Assembly: GCA_035288985.1 (NCBI GenBank)
Contig: DATDYP010000011.1
Location: 7,673 to 71,672, forward strand
Reading direction: 5' to 3'
DNA: 64,000 nucleotides
Source of the DNA: Candidatus Nanoarchaeia archaeon
GTDB taxonomy: Archaea > Nanobdellota > Nanobdellia > Woesearchaeales > GW2011-AR9
A program made the translations under genes and the position numbers. The notes under the pieces are model-generated. The model ran no database searches and was not told the origin of the DNA. It was given only the letters and a program-made list of their open reading frames with translations. Below, in pieces: positions 47,522 to 56,338 of this stretch; the first letter of the stretch is position 1, and each line of letters begins with the position of its first letter.

Positions 47522-48643
47522 ATGGACAATATTTTCTGGGGACTATCTGAAACAGTTGCACGATACGATCAAGAACAATTCCGCAGGTTCCTGTCCCTGC
47601 CTCCAGACCAGATCGAGCGAGCCTGCTGCGACGAGAAGGGAAGATTAAAGCATATCATCAGGGCGGAACATTTTGACCGGGAGTTTTTAGAAAAAATCTG
47701 CCAAACAGCAAATGCTGCACGGGTAATAGCCAAAAAAGAAGACAATTTCCTGAACGGATTGCTGCGCTCAAAATCAATTCTAAATTATTTCAGCCAGCCG
47801 AGTTCAAGAACGTTTCTTTCTTTTTCCATGGCCGAGGCTCACTTAGGTATGCGCAGGGAAGAAGTACGGGATGTAAAAACATCTTCTTCAGTAAAAGGCG
47901 AAACCGAACAAGACGGATTACGGACTAACTCCTCCTATTTCGATGCCATTGTCTGCAGGCACCCCAGCGACATTTATGATTTATTTGCAGTATGGGTGAT
48001 GAAAAATTGTGACCGCGAAGTGCCGATCATCAATGCCGGCTCGGGGAAAATGGAGCATCCTACACAAGGATTGTTAGACTATTACACGCTTTGGGAATCA
48101 TTTAAAGGAAAATTGAATGATCTGACAGTCCTCTATGTCGGAGACTGCCGGCGGGGAAGGACCGTTCATTCTTTAGCTAAAATACTGTCTTTACATGCTA
48201 ACCAAACAGCATTGTTCGTAGCTCCAGATGAGCTACAGATAGATTCCGAAACTGAACACTATGTCACAGGACGGGGAACAGTTGTCGGGAAAATAACCGA
48301 CAAGCCTTTACGAGAGCTTGTTCCCTTGGCAGATGTTGTGTATATGACCAGGATTCAAAATGAGCATGGCGGGGAGGGAAATTATAATCCAGATTTTATT
48401 TTCACTGAAGATATGCTAGATTCCATGAAACCTGGCGCAATACTGATGCATCCCCTTCCCAAGAGAGAAGAGATCGATCCTGCCGTAAATTACCGCCATA
48501 AGGATCCCAGAATAGCGTATTGGCGACAGATGCGAAATGGAATGTGGACCAGAGTGGCGCTGCTAGCCAATGTTTTTGGCGTTGATGACAGAATCATGGA
48601 ACACTACGCAGGAAGCATATCAGACGCCAAAGGACCAATCTAA
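47522..48643 (+). CDS. pyrB: Aspartate carbamoyltransferase catalytic subunit
   Basis: QPSSRTFLSF, SSVKGE, RHP, INAG..EHPTQ, GRTVHSL, YMTRIQ and MHPLP; N-terminal extension. Confidence 0.9.
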   Translation: MDNIFWGLSETVARYDQEQFRRFLSLPPDQIERACCDEKGRLKHIIRAEHFDREFLEKICQTANAARVIAKKEDNFLNGLLRSKSILNYFSQPSSRTFLSFSMAEAHLGMRREEVRDVKTSSSVKGETEQDGLRTNSSYFDAIVCRHPSDIYDLFAVWVMKNCDREVPIINAGSGKMEHPTQGLLDYYTLWESFKGKLNDLTVLYVGDCRRGRTVHSLAKILSLHANQTALFVAPDELQIDSETEHYVTGRGTVVGKITDKPLRELVPLADVVYMTRIQNEHGGEGNYNPDFIFTEDMLDSMKPGAILMHPLPKREEIDPAVNYRHKDPRIAYWRQMRNGMWTRVALLANVFGVDDRIMEHYAGSISDAKGPI

Positions 48644-48649
48644 ACTTGA

Positions 48650-49336
48650 CTAAATACTAACAGCTTTCCTCTTCTTATCAACAGTAACAACCCGCGCCTT
48701 CCCGCCGCAAAATGTTTCAATCAGTTCAACAGCTTCTTTAGTAATTATCTTCAGCTTCTTTCCTGTAAGAGGAGGGAGGAACTCAAAATGGATCAGGGCA
48801 GATGTAGTTGTCGGTGTTACTGCCGTAGCAGGATTCTTCCAGTAATCGAGTTTTGCGCCTAGAATCTGCTTTGAATCATGATAGTATAGTTCTCCTTTCT
48901 TCAACTTTACAGCGCTGCTCTTTTTTAGCGAGGAAGCGACAGTAAAGGTGATGTCGCCGGTAACTTTATCGAGATCATCAGCACCAAACGGGACAATATG
49001 CTTTAAGGCAAGATACCGCAGCAGATTAGTAAGAGTGTTGGAAGAGTGAATTTTCTTCTTGGCTAAAACATCTTTCAGGAGCTTTTCGACAGAGGTATGG
49101 TAATGTTTGGCAGCGCTGCCAAATTCCTGCCGCGCGACATTCCAGGGGCTGATAAGATGATGGCTCTTATAGGTATCCTTATTGAAAGTAAGGTGGATCA
49201 GTTTTTCTGCTTCAGCAAGAAGATGCCGTGACTCAGTAAGTTTCCGTTTGCAGTCAAGATCCTTAGCGATAATAAAAGCAATTTTCAGCTGCGGGTTGAG
49301 TACAGTAAAGGCAGATGCAGTGATGCTGAGTTTCAT
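48650..49336 (-). CDS. Divergent stand-alone B3/B4 domain protein
   Basis: W...FG....YHTSVEKL, NTLTNLLRY, PFGADDLDKVTGDI and GELYYHD. Confidence 0.75.
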   Translation of the reverse strand: MKLSITASAFTVLNPQLKIAFIIAKDLDCKRKLTESRHLLAEAEKLIHLTFNKDTYKSHHLISPWNVARQEFGSAAKHYHTSVEKLLKDVLAKKKIHSSNTLTNLLRYLALKHIVPFGADDLDKVTGDITFTVASSLKKSSAVKLKKGELYYHDSKQILGAKLDYWKNPATAVTPTTTSALIHFEFLPPLTGKKLKIITKEAVELIETFCGGKARVVTVDKKRKAVSI

Positions 49337-49357
49337 TTTTTAGAGTTAGTTAGATAT

Positions 49358-49759
49358 TTAGTCTTTTTTCGATTTTTTCTTCTCTGAATGTTCTTTCCAT
49401 CCCAATGAACGCAGAAGCCTTTGAAAGAAGCCATTGCGTGATCGTGAATGGGGAAGATTATAGTGTTTATTGAGATTATCCAGATCGTATCTGATATCTT
49501 TCAACAATTTCACGGTCTTGCGTTCGTAATGGATTCGAACCAAAATCAGGATGATGTAAAGACCAAATATTCCGCCAACGAGGACATTTGCTTTCCTTAT
49601 CAAAGGCTGGAGGGTATTGACCAGAGGCTGCAGCAAGGGATCGACTTCTTCGACGTTTGCTCCAAGTACGCTTGGTGGAAGTTCTTCGATGTCAATGGCT
49701 GCATGGACTGCGGGAATAAGAATCAGCATAACGAGCGAAAATAGGATTATTTGCTTCAT
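49358..49759 (-). CDS. Hypothetical membrane protein
   Basis: Signal-like N-terminus, one TM segment and a basic tail; start trimmed to MKQII. Confidence 0.6.
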   Translation of the reverse strand: MKQIILFSLVMLILIPAVHAAIDIEELPPSVLGANVEEVDPLLQPLVNTLQPLIRKANVLVGGIFGLYIILILVRIHYERKTVKLLKDIRYDLDNLNKHYNLPHSRSRNGFFQRLLRSLGWKEHSEKKKSKKD

Positions 49760-49849
49760 GACACGCCTCTTTTGCTGAATAAGGGAAATATGATATTTAT
49801 ATGTATCGGAAAATTTTATAAAGAACTTAATGAAAAGTGCTTCATTCAC

Positions 49850-49973
49850 AGCCCCGTGGTGTAGAAAGGCGGTATAGAAAGGTAAACTGCCTTGCATAAT
49901 GGACTATCATAGTGCCCTTTGGTCTCTAGAGGGAAGATAGGCATTGACCTCGGTTCGAATCCGAGCGGGGCTA
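49850..49973 (+). tRNA. trnQ: tRNA-Gln(TTG) with two BHB-type introns (15/16, 35 nt, 49865-49899; 37/38, 16 nt, 49923-49938)
   Basis: Acceptor AGCCCCG/CGGGGCT-A; GTGCC-CTTTGGA-GGCAT after splicing; CTCGG-TTCGAAT-CCGAG; TTTTATAAA upstream and a T-run downstream. Confidence 0.92.
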
Positions 49974-50062
49974 CTTTTTTCCTTAAAAAAATTACGCCCC
50001 GCTTTAGCAAGTTTCACCTAAATCTTTTTAAATAAAACATGATTTTAGAGTTCATTCAAGAG

Positions 50063-50120
50063 ATAGGTCGGTCAAGGCTTACCTATACTGGAGAAAAGCT
50101 AGTTGCTTAATTCTCCGAGG
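50063..50120 (+). promoter_or_regulatory. Structured 5' leader of rps15 (candidate ribosomal-protein leader)
   Basis: ATAGGT/ACCTAT and GGAGAA-AAGC/GCTT-AA-TTCTCC hairpins between TTTTAAATA (~50026) and the GAGG before ATG. Confidence 0.45.
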
Positions 50121-50128
50121 ATAATAAA

Positions 50129-50581
50129 ATGGCAAGAATGCATTCAAGAGCAAAAGGCTCAAGTGGAAGTAAAAAACCGATCAAAAAAGTACCGTCCTGG
50201 GCTCCTTACAAGGACAAGGATGTTGAAAAACTGGTTGTAAAGTATGCTAAAGCAGAGAAAAGCGCCTCAGAGATCGGCACTATCCTGCGGGACAGTTATG
50301 GCATTAACAGCGTCAAAGCCCTGACCGGAAAGACTGTTTCCACAATTCTTGAAGAAAATAAACTGCGGAAAGAGCTGCCTGAAGATTTATTGAGTCTCAT
50401 CAAAAAGATGATTGAAATCAAAAGGCATCTGGAAAAAAACAGGCTCGATCAGACTGCTCGTCGAGGACTGCTTCTGACCAGCTCTAAAATCAGGCGGCTG
50501 ACAAAATATTACAAAAGGACAGAAAGACTGCCGGCTGACTGGAAGCTAGACACGGAGAGGTTAAAAATCTACATCGGATAA
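50129..50581 (+). CDS. rps15: 30S ribosomal protein uS15 (S15P/S13e)
   Basis: MARMHSRAKGSSGS, SEIGTILRDSYGI, LPEDL and SKIRRLTKYYK. Confidence 0.97.
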   Translation: MARMHSRAKGSSGSKKPIKKVPSWAPYKDKDVEKLVVKYAKAEKSASEIGTILRDSYGINSVKALTGKTVSTILEENKLRKELPEDLLSLIKKMIEIKRHLEKNRLDQTARRGLLLTSSKIRRLTKYYKRTERLPADWKLDTERLKIYIG

Positions 50582-50633
50582 GCATCTACAGATAAACGGT
50601 AGATTTATTAATTTCTTTCTTTTTCTTCTTTCT

Positions 50634-50861
50634 ATGAATTACAAGTTAAAATCACTTATAGTGCTCGTGGTTCTTCTTGGCGTAGTGGCTTCCTTAGGCA
50701 TGTTCATGAACGGGGGATCAATAACCGGAAGCAGCATCACACCAGACATTGCCTGCTACAATAACCAAGACTGTGATGACAGAACTGCCGGAACAGAAGA
50801 CGTTTGTAAAAATCCAGGAACAGAATTCTCTTTGTGCATCAATAGAAGAATAACAGATTAA
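50634..50861 (+). CDS. Small membrane-anchored Cys-containing protein
   Basis: TM, ITG motif and CYNNQDCDD...DVCKNPG...C. Confidence 0.6.
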   Translation: MNYKLKSLIVLVVLLGVVASLGMFMNGGSITGSSITPDIACYNNQDCDDRTAGTEDVCKNPGTEFSLCINRRITD

Positions 50862-50964
50862 GAATAATCAGTCAAGAGAAATTGTAAGAAAGACGCAGAA
50901 AAAAATAATAATTAGATTAAAAAAAAGATAAAAAAAATTTAAAGAAAAGCCCGGGATTTTCTAA

Positions 50965-51038
50965 AATCAAAAGTAGCGAAATCAATCGCAACATTCATCC
51001 TCAGCCATAAATGGTGAGGATTTCTGCTCTTTTGATTC
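50965..51038. terminator. Long branched hairpin between convergent genes
   Basis: AATCAAAAG/CTTTTGATT, AAATC/GATTT and inner CTCA-G-CCAT/ATGG-TGAG. Confidence 0.45.
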
Positions 51039-51047
51039 AAACAAACC

Positions 51048-51341
51048 TTATAATTTTGATCTGATATTCTCGATGTTTGAAGCTATTTCCTGCCCCCTCT
51101 TGGTCAGCTCGAGCAGTTTCAAGCGTCCTTCTTTCTTAAACTTTATCAGGTCAGATTTCTGCATCTCCTGCAGAATCTTCACCACGTGGGAATACGTGCA
51201 GTCAATTTGCTTGGCCAGGACTGACGCATAGACGTTAGCGTTGGCATTCTTCAACTCTACCAGCATCATGGCTGGCTTCTCCCGAAAAAACACATCAAAT
51301 ATAGCTTTGTTCTTAATCAAGTTGGACACCCCCAAAACCAT
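51048..51341 (-). CDS. Winged helix-turn-helix transcriptional regulator
   Basis: YASVLAKQIDCTYSHVVKIL...GRLKLLELTKRG. Confidence 0.85.
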   Translation of the reverse strand: MVLGVSNLIKNKAIFDVFFREKPAMMLVELKNANANVYASVLAKQIDCTYSHVVKILQEMQKSDLIKFKKEGRLKLLELTKRGQEIASNIENIRSKL

Positions 51342-51457
51342 CTACCTTTCCCCCAGATACCGGGCTTAGGACTTATATTTAAACATTTATCTATTCGAAT
51401 AGTTGTTTTGTAAAATCCACATGTATATAAATGTATTGGAAGCAGTTCAGCTCAAGG

Positions 51458-53317
51458 ATGAAGTTTTCAGAAGTATTTCCCCACGAGAGAATACGCCCCG
51501 GCCAGGATGCATTAATAAAAGACATAGAAGAAGCGCTGGACGGACAAAAAATTCTCCTTGCTCACGCGCCGACCGGGTTAGGAAAGACCGCAAGCGCACT
51601 GTCTGCGGCAGTCGCGTATGCGGCGGAGAAAAAGAAAAAAGTATTTTTCCTCACCAACAGGCATACCCAGCATCGCATTGCCGTGGAAACGTTGCGGCTC
51701 ATAAAAACGAAGAAGGGCAAAAATATCTCCTGCGTTGATCTCATCGGCAAGAGATGGATGTGCAGCCAGGAAATTGCCGGCCTCTTCGGCAACGAATTCA
51801 ATGAATTTTGCAAAACCATCGTCGAACGGGGGGAATGTGAGTTTTATAATAATGTTAAAAATAAAAAAGAGCTCACGGTCGAAGCAAAAAAAACTGTAAA
51901 AGAGGCGCAAATACAGGGGCCGTTACACAACGAGGAAATACTGGCTCTCGGCCGGCAGGAAAAAATGTGCAGTTATGAATTATCTCTCGCACTGGCAAAA
52001 GATGCGGTAGTGATCATAGGAGATTATTACTATCTCTTCAATCCCTTCGTCCAGGCAAACCTCATCAGCAAGCTAAGCATAGAGCTCGAGGATATTATCC
52101 TGATTGTTGATGAGGGACACAACCTGCCAGGAAGAATTTCAGAGATGTTGAGCATAGTACTTACCAGCAACGGCATCAAGAATGCTGTCCTGGAGGCAAA
52201 AAAATACGGGTACAACGGCCTGATCTTCTGGCTGCAGGAATTGATGCGCATCCTCCATGAAATGGGTAATTTTAGCAACACTGATACTGAGAGAGAAAAG
52301 CTTGTTTCCAGAACAGGTCTGATCTCACAAATCAATACTCTCGTCGATTATGATGAGTTTATCAACCAGCTGGAGATCGCCGCTGAGGAAATCAAAAAGA
52401 AGCAGCGCAAAAGCTATCTGGGAGGTATCGCACATTTCCTAAGTTCTTGGAAAGGGGAAGATGCTGGATTTGCCAGAATCATCTCCCAAAAGGCGGGGAT
52501 GTATGGAGAAGTGACAGCTCTCAGTTACCTGTGCCTTGATCCCAGACTGGTGAGCGGAGACATTTTCAACAAAGTTCATGCAGGAGTAGTGATGAGCGGA
52601 ACCCTGCAGCCGACCTTCATGTACAAGGACATTCTAGGAATCGAACGGGGAGTTGAAAGAGAGTACAATTCCCCATTTCCAGTAGAAAATAAATTAAGCT
52701 TGATCATTCCGGAAACAAGTACAAAATATACTGTACGCGGGGACGCAATGTACCGGAGAATTGCACAGATCTGTTCAAACCTAGCTGGGTCAATTCCTGG
52801 AAATGCGGCCTTCTTTTTTCCTTCCTACCAGCTCCGCGACAAGATTGCAAACTTCCTCACCATCAGAAAAAAATTGTTTTGGGAAAAAGCGGAGATGAGC
52901 AAGGAAGAGAAAGAAGCGCTGCTTTCCCAATTCAAAGCAGAAAAAGAAGCAGGGGGAGTTTTATTGGGAGTTACGGGCGCTAATTTTGCGGAGGGCGTCG
53001 ATTTCCCGGGAGATCTGCTGCAGGGAGTAGTGGTTGTCGGCCTGCCGCTGGCAAAGCCCGACCTCCGGACAAAAGAAGTGATAAAGTACTATGAAGAAAA
53101 GTTTGGTAAAGGCTGGGATTATGGATACATCTATCCGGCCATGTCAAAATGCATCCAATCTGCAGGACGATGCATCAGGAGCGAGACTGATAAAGGGGTT
53201 GTTATCTTCTTGGATGAAAGATTTACCTGGCAGAATTATTATAATTGCCTGCCCAGAGAAGGGCTGATAGTCAGCCGTGACTACGAAAAGCTGCTGAAAG
53301 AATTTTTTGGGAAATGA
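51458..53317 (+). CDS. xpd: XPD/Rad3 (DinG family) Fe-S DNA helicase
   Basis: RPGQ, APTGLGKT, four Fe-S Cys, DEGHN, SGTL, FFPSY, EGVDF and QSAGRCIR. Confidence 0.93.
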   Translation: MKFSEVFPHERIRPGQDALIKDIEEALDGQKILLAHAPTGLGKTASALSAAVAYAAEKKKKVFFLTNRHTQHRIAVETLRLIKTKKGKNISCVDLIGKRWMCSQEIAGLFGNEFNEFCKTIVERGECEFYNNVKNKKELTVEAKKTVKEAQIQGPLHNEEILALGRQEKMCSYELSLALAKDAVVIIGDYYYLFNPFVQANLISKLSIELEDIILIVDEGHNLPGRISEMLSIVLTSNGIKNAVLEAKKYGYNGLIFWLQELMRILHEMGNFSNTDTEREKLVSRTGLISQINTLVDYDEFINQLEIAAEEIKKKQRKSYLGGIAHFLSSWKGEDAGFARIISQKAGMYGEVTALSYLCLDPRLVSGDIFNKVHAGVVMSGTLQPTFMYKDILGIERGVEREYNSPFPVENKLSLIIPETSTKYTVRGDAMYRRIAQICSNLAGSIPGNAAFFFPSYQLRDKIANFLTIRKKLFWEKAEMSKEEKEALLSQFKAEKEAGGVLLGVTGANFAEGVDFPGDLLQGVVVVGLPLAKPDLRTKEVIKYYEEKFGKGWDYGYIYPAMSKCIQSAGRCIRSETDKGVVIFLDERFTWQNYYNCLPREGLIVSRDYEKLLKEFFGK

Positions 53318-53372
53318 TTAGAAACCAACTCTGAAAAGATTCAATAAAAGTAAAATCTTTTTTGTTAGTATT

Positions 53373-53843
53373 ATGAAAAGGCCTAAAGAAGCATTCCATT
53401 GGATTGTTAAAATATTAAGAAAGAATAAAGTTCCTTTTAGAGTTACCGGCGGTCTTGCTGTTAATTGTTACGGTGTGAAGAGAAAGTTATTCGATATTGA
53501 TATAGATGTTCCTGATTACGCTCTACAGAAACTAATGCCTTTCTTCAAGAAGTTTAAACTCACTGGCCCTACACATTACAAAGATAAAGAATGGGATGTG
53601 AATTACCTATCTATAGATTATCACGGCCAGGATGTTGATTTAATCGGCAGCAACTCTCAAAAGATATTTAACAAAAATACTGGGAAATGGGAAAATGTCA
53701 AGATAAATTTATCTAAACCTCAACAGAAGAAGATTTTTGGACTAATCGTACCGGTTATTCCAAAGAATGAATTAATCAAATATAAAGCAAAAATTAAGAG
53801 AGATGTTGATCTTCTTGATGTTAAGGCTTTAACAGACAAATAA
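53373..53843 (+). CDS. Nucleotidyltransferase-fold protein
   Basis: TGGLAV..YG..R...DIDIDV; AT-rich. Confidence 0.7.
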   Translation: MKRPKEAFHWIVKILRKNKVPFRVTGGLAVNCYGVKRKLFDIDIDVPDYALQKLMPFFKKFKLTGPTHYKDKEWDVNYLSIDYHGQDVDLIGSNSQKIFNKNTGKWENVKINLSKPQQKKIFGLIVPVIPKNELIKYKAKIKRDVDLLDVKALTDK

Positions 53844-53939
53844 TTAATTTTACTGATTTTTCTGTCCCACTCCCGCACGGTCAACTCCGGCTAAAGTATA
53901 TAAACTTCCTTCTCTCCCAAGTATAAGGGGTGGCTACCA

Positions 53940-54773
53940 ATGAATAAACTATCTGTATTTGAAGGAAAGAATGTACGAAGAATTTGGCATAAAGACGAAT
54001 GGTATTTCTCAGTTGTGGATGTTATTGAAGCACTTACGGATAGCTCTAATCCTCGAAATTATTGGAACATGCTCAAAGCAAGAGAGGCAGAGCAAGGAGT
54101 TGAACTGTACACAGTTTGTGTACAATTGAAATTAACAGCAGAAGACGGCAAACTGAGAGAAACCGACTGCGCCAATACTGAAGCATTATTCCGTATTATT
54201 CAGTCCATCTCTTCTCCTAAAGCAGAACCCTTCAAGTTATGGTTGGCGAAAACTGGGTACGAGCGCATCCAGGAAATAGAAAACCCTGAATTAGGACAAA
54301 ACAGAATCAAACAATATTATGAACTGAAAGGCTATCCCAAAGATTGGATTGACAAACGCCTTAGAGGTATTGCTATTAGGCAAGAACTTACCGATGAGTG
54401 GAAAAAGCGCGAGGTAACCCAAGAAAAGGATTTTGCTATACTTACCAATGAGATTAGTAAAGCAGCTTTTGGCAAAACGATAGAGGAATATAGACAGTTC
54501 AAGGGTTTAGCAAAACCCAATCAGAATTTGCGAGATCACATGAATGATTGGGAATTAATTTTAAACGTGATTGGCGAGAAAGCGACCACAGATATTACGA
54601 TTGCCAAAGATGCGAAGGGATTTCCAGAATTGAAGCATACTGCTAAAGAAGGAGGCGATATTGCTAAGAATACCAGAACAGAACTCGAACAAAAAATAGG
54701 AAAATCAATAGTTTCAAAAGAAAATTATGTTCATCTGATAGAAGAGAAGAGAAAGAAGAAATCAATATCATAA
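53940..54773 (+). CDS. BRO-N domain (phage antirepressor-like) protein
   Basis: VRRIW...WYFSVVDVI, DGKLRETD, SPKAEPFKLWLA and NLRDHM. Confidence 0.9.
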   Translation: MNKLSVFEGKNVRRIWHKDEWYFSVVDVIEALTDSSNPRNYWNMLKAREAEQGVELYTVCVQLKLTAEDGKLRETDCANTEALFRIIQSISSPKAEPFKLWLAKTGYERIQEIENPELGQNRIKQYYELKGYPKDWIDKRLRGIAIRQELTDEWKKREVTQEKDFAILTNEISKAAFGKTIEEYRQFKGLAKPNQNLRDHMNDWELILNVIGEKATTDITIAKDAKGFPELKHTAKEGGDIAKNTRTELEQKIGKSIVSKENYVHLIEEKRKKKSIS

Positions 54774-54840
54774 CCAATATAAACTCACGAAACTCTTTCT
54801 GTTTATGAGAGATTATTATAAATCACAACTAATAATGGTG

Positions 54841-55665
54841 ATGAAACGTGTTGAGAAGATTGCCATGCTCACCGCGTATGATTATTCTATGGCGGCGTTA
54901 GAATCAACAAACGGGGTTGATATGATTCTGGTTGGTGATTCTGCCAATTTTATTCTTAATGGGAGAGATACCACCCGAGGAATAACCATGGAGCAGATGG
55001 TAGAAATGGCAGAGCGGGTGGTTAATGGCGTTACTAAAGAAGGAAACGATTATGCCTTAGTCGTTGGCGATCTTCCTGCTGGATCATATGACACTATGGA
55101 GAGCGCTGTTGCTAATGCCAGAAAATTGTGGGCTGTAGGTGTTGATGCAGTAAAATTAGAAGGTGGTACAGAGAAACCCTATTTATCAGATATAATCAAA
55201 GCTATCGTTTCTCAAGGGATTCCCGTTCAAGGACATATTGGCTACACGCCGCAATCAGAAGAATTAACTGATAAAGGGATTGTTCAAGGTAAAACAGAAA
55301 AAAGTATAGAAAAACTGTTTGCCGATTATCATCTATTAGAAAAAGCAGGAGTTTTTTCCGTGGTTCTAGAATGTATTCCTTGGCAAGTTGCTCAACTGAT
55401 TACCGAAGGAGCGCGAGTTCCCACTATTGGCATAGGCGCAGGACCATACTGCGACGGACAAGTGTTAGTGTCGTATGATCTGCTTGGCCTGGGTACCGGA
55501 TTGGCAAGTAAGCCGGGAACATTTCCTAAATTTGTCTGGCAATATGATCTGAAAGCTCCCGAGGCAATTAGACGATATGTTGCTGACGTTAAGTCTGGAA
55601 GAATGCCAGATGTAGAGCATAGTTATGCTTTAGCTGACCAGAGAGTGTTGGAGAAGTTTAGATGA
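54841..55665 (+). CDS. panB: 3-methyl-2-oxobutanoate hydroxymethyltransferase
   Basis: MLTAYD, LVGDS, AVKLEGG, GHIGYTPQ, VLEC and PTIGIGAG..CDGQVLV. Confidence 0.93.
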   Translation: MKRVEKIAMLTAYDYSMAALESTNGVDMILVGDSANFILNGRDTTRGITMEQMVEMAERVVNGVTKEGNDYALVVGDLPAGSYDTMESAVANARKLWAVGVDAVKLEGGTEKPYLSDIIKAIVSQGIPVQGHIGYTPQSEELTDKGIVQGKTEKSIEKLFADYHLLEKAGVFSVVLECIPWQVAQLITEGARVPTIGIGAGPYCDGQVLVSYDLLGLGTGLASKPGTFPKFVWQYDLKAPEAIRRYVADVKSGRMPDVEHSYALADQRVLEKFR

Positions 55666-55693
55666 TTTTGTTAAAACCAGCCAGCAAGCGCTC

Positions 55694-55810
55694 TTAACAC
55701 TTGGTTCGCTTTGCCATCTTCTTCGCTGTTCTTATTGCTTCATCAATCGGCATAGCATCCTTAGAAGAATACAAGTATTCCTGTAACTGTTCTTCAATAG
55801 TTTTGCCCAT
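55694..55810 (-). CDS. Possible 38-aa ORF or gene remnant
   Basis: MGKTIEEQLQEYLYSSKDAMPIDEAIRTAKKMAKRTKC; the frame stays open further upstream. Confidence 0.25.
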   Translation of the reverse strand: MGKTIEEQLQEYLYSSKDAMPIDEAIRTAKKMAKRTKC

Positions 55811-55921
55811 TGTTTCAGAAATAGAGTAGGTATAAATTTCTTCCGAAAGACTTTTGCCACATCTTCCCAACCAGTATACAAAATAGTAACATTTATATAC
55901 TTATAGTGTTTTATTACGAAA

Positions 55922-56018
55922 TGTGGCGAAAGTCACACGCGTTTAATCACGATGCGTATCAGGGTCCCACAGAATAGTTCTACCACCCTCACCCCCTCTT
56001 TGGGGCCCTGTTTTTTTT
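55922..56018 (+). ncRNA. Candidate ~97-nt small RNA
   Basis: TTTATATA at 55892-55899; TGTGGC-GAAA-GTCACA; ACGCGT/ATGCGT; CAGGGTCCCA/TGGGGCCCTG with a C-rich loop; T8 at 56011-56018; no ORF. Confidence 0.6.
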
Positions 56019-56118
56019 GTAAAAAAAGAAAGCAAATGGCGATACTCAATTTGCTCCTAGCAATGAAGGACACCTTTCTGTTTATTCTAAAAAGAGCAGT
56101 GAGAAAATAACGCCGCTC

Positions 56119-56239
56119 TGGTTCTTGAAGAGTATACCCCCACTGCTCGCAGTGGGGATACGAAGCAAGACCAAAAACCCAGCAGCTACAGGGGTCATAT
56201 TATTTATCGCATAACCAGTAGCTTGCTGCGGGGTTTTTG
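56119..56239. mobile_element. Paired hairpins resembling IS200/IS605-family end palindromes (non-autonomous remnant)
   Basis: CCCCACTGC-TC-GCAGTGGGG inside TGGTTCTTG/CAAGACCA; CAAAAACCC-AGCAGCTAC...GTAGCTTGCTGCGGGGTTTTTG. Confidence 0.5.
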
Positions 56240-56338
56240 ATTGTTACTGTGCATAAGCCGAGTATATACTATATAATAACGATATGCAAAGAATATATAA
56301 GCTCTTATTCTCACCTGCCGTCAAAAGAGGCAGATGTT

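Noticed and set aside
49760..49897. Long N-terminal version of ORF 49358-49897
   Set aside because: It runs through the tRNA-Gln gene and promoter; MKQII gives a normal signal peptide.
55922..56018. SRP RNA or 5S rRNA
   Set aside because: TCAGGGTCC is not followed by the SRP helix-8 GNRA loop and AGCAG, and no 5S helices are recognisable.
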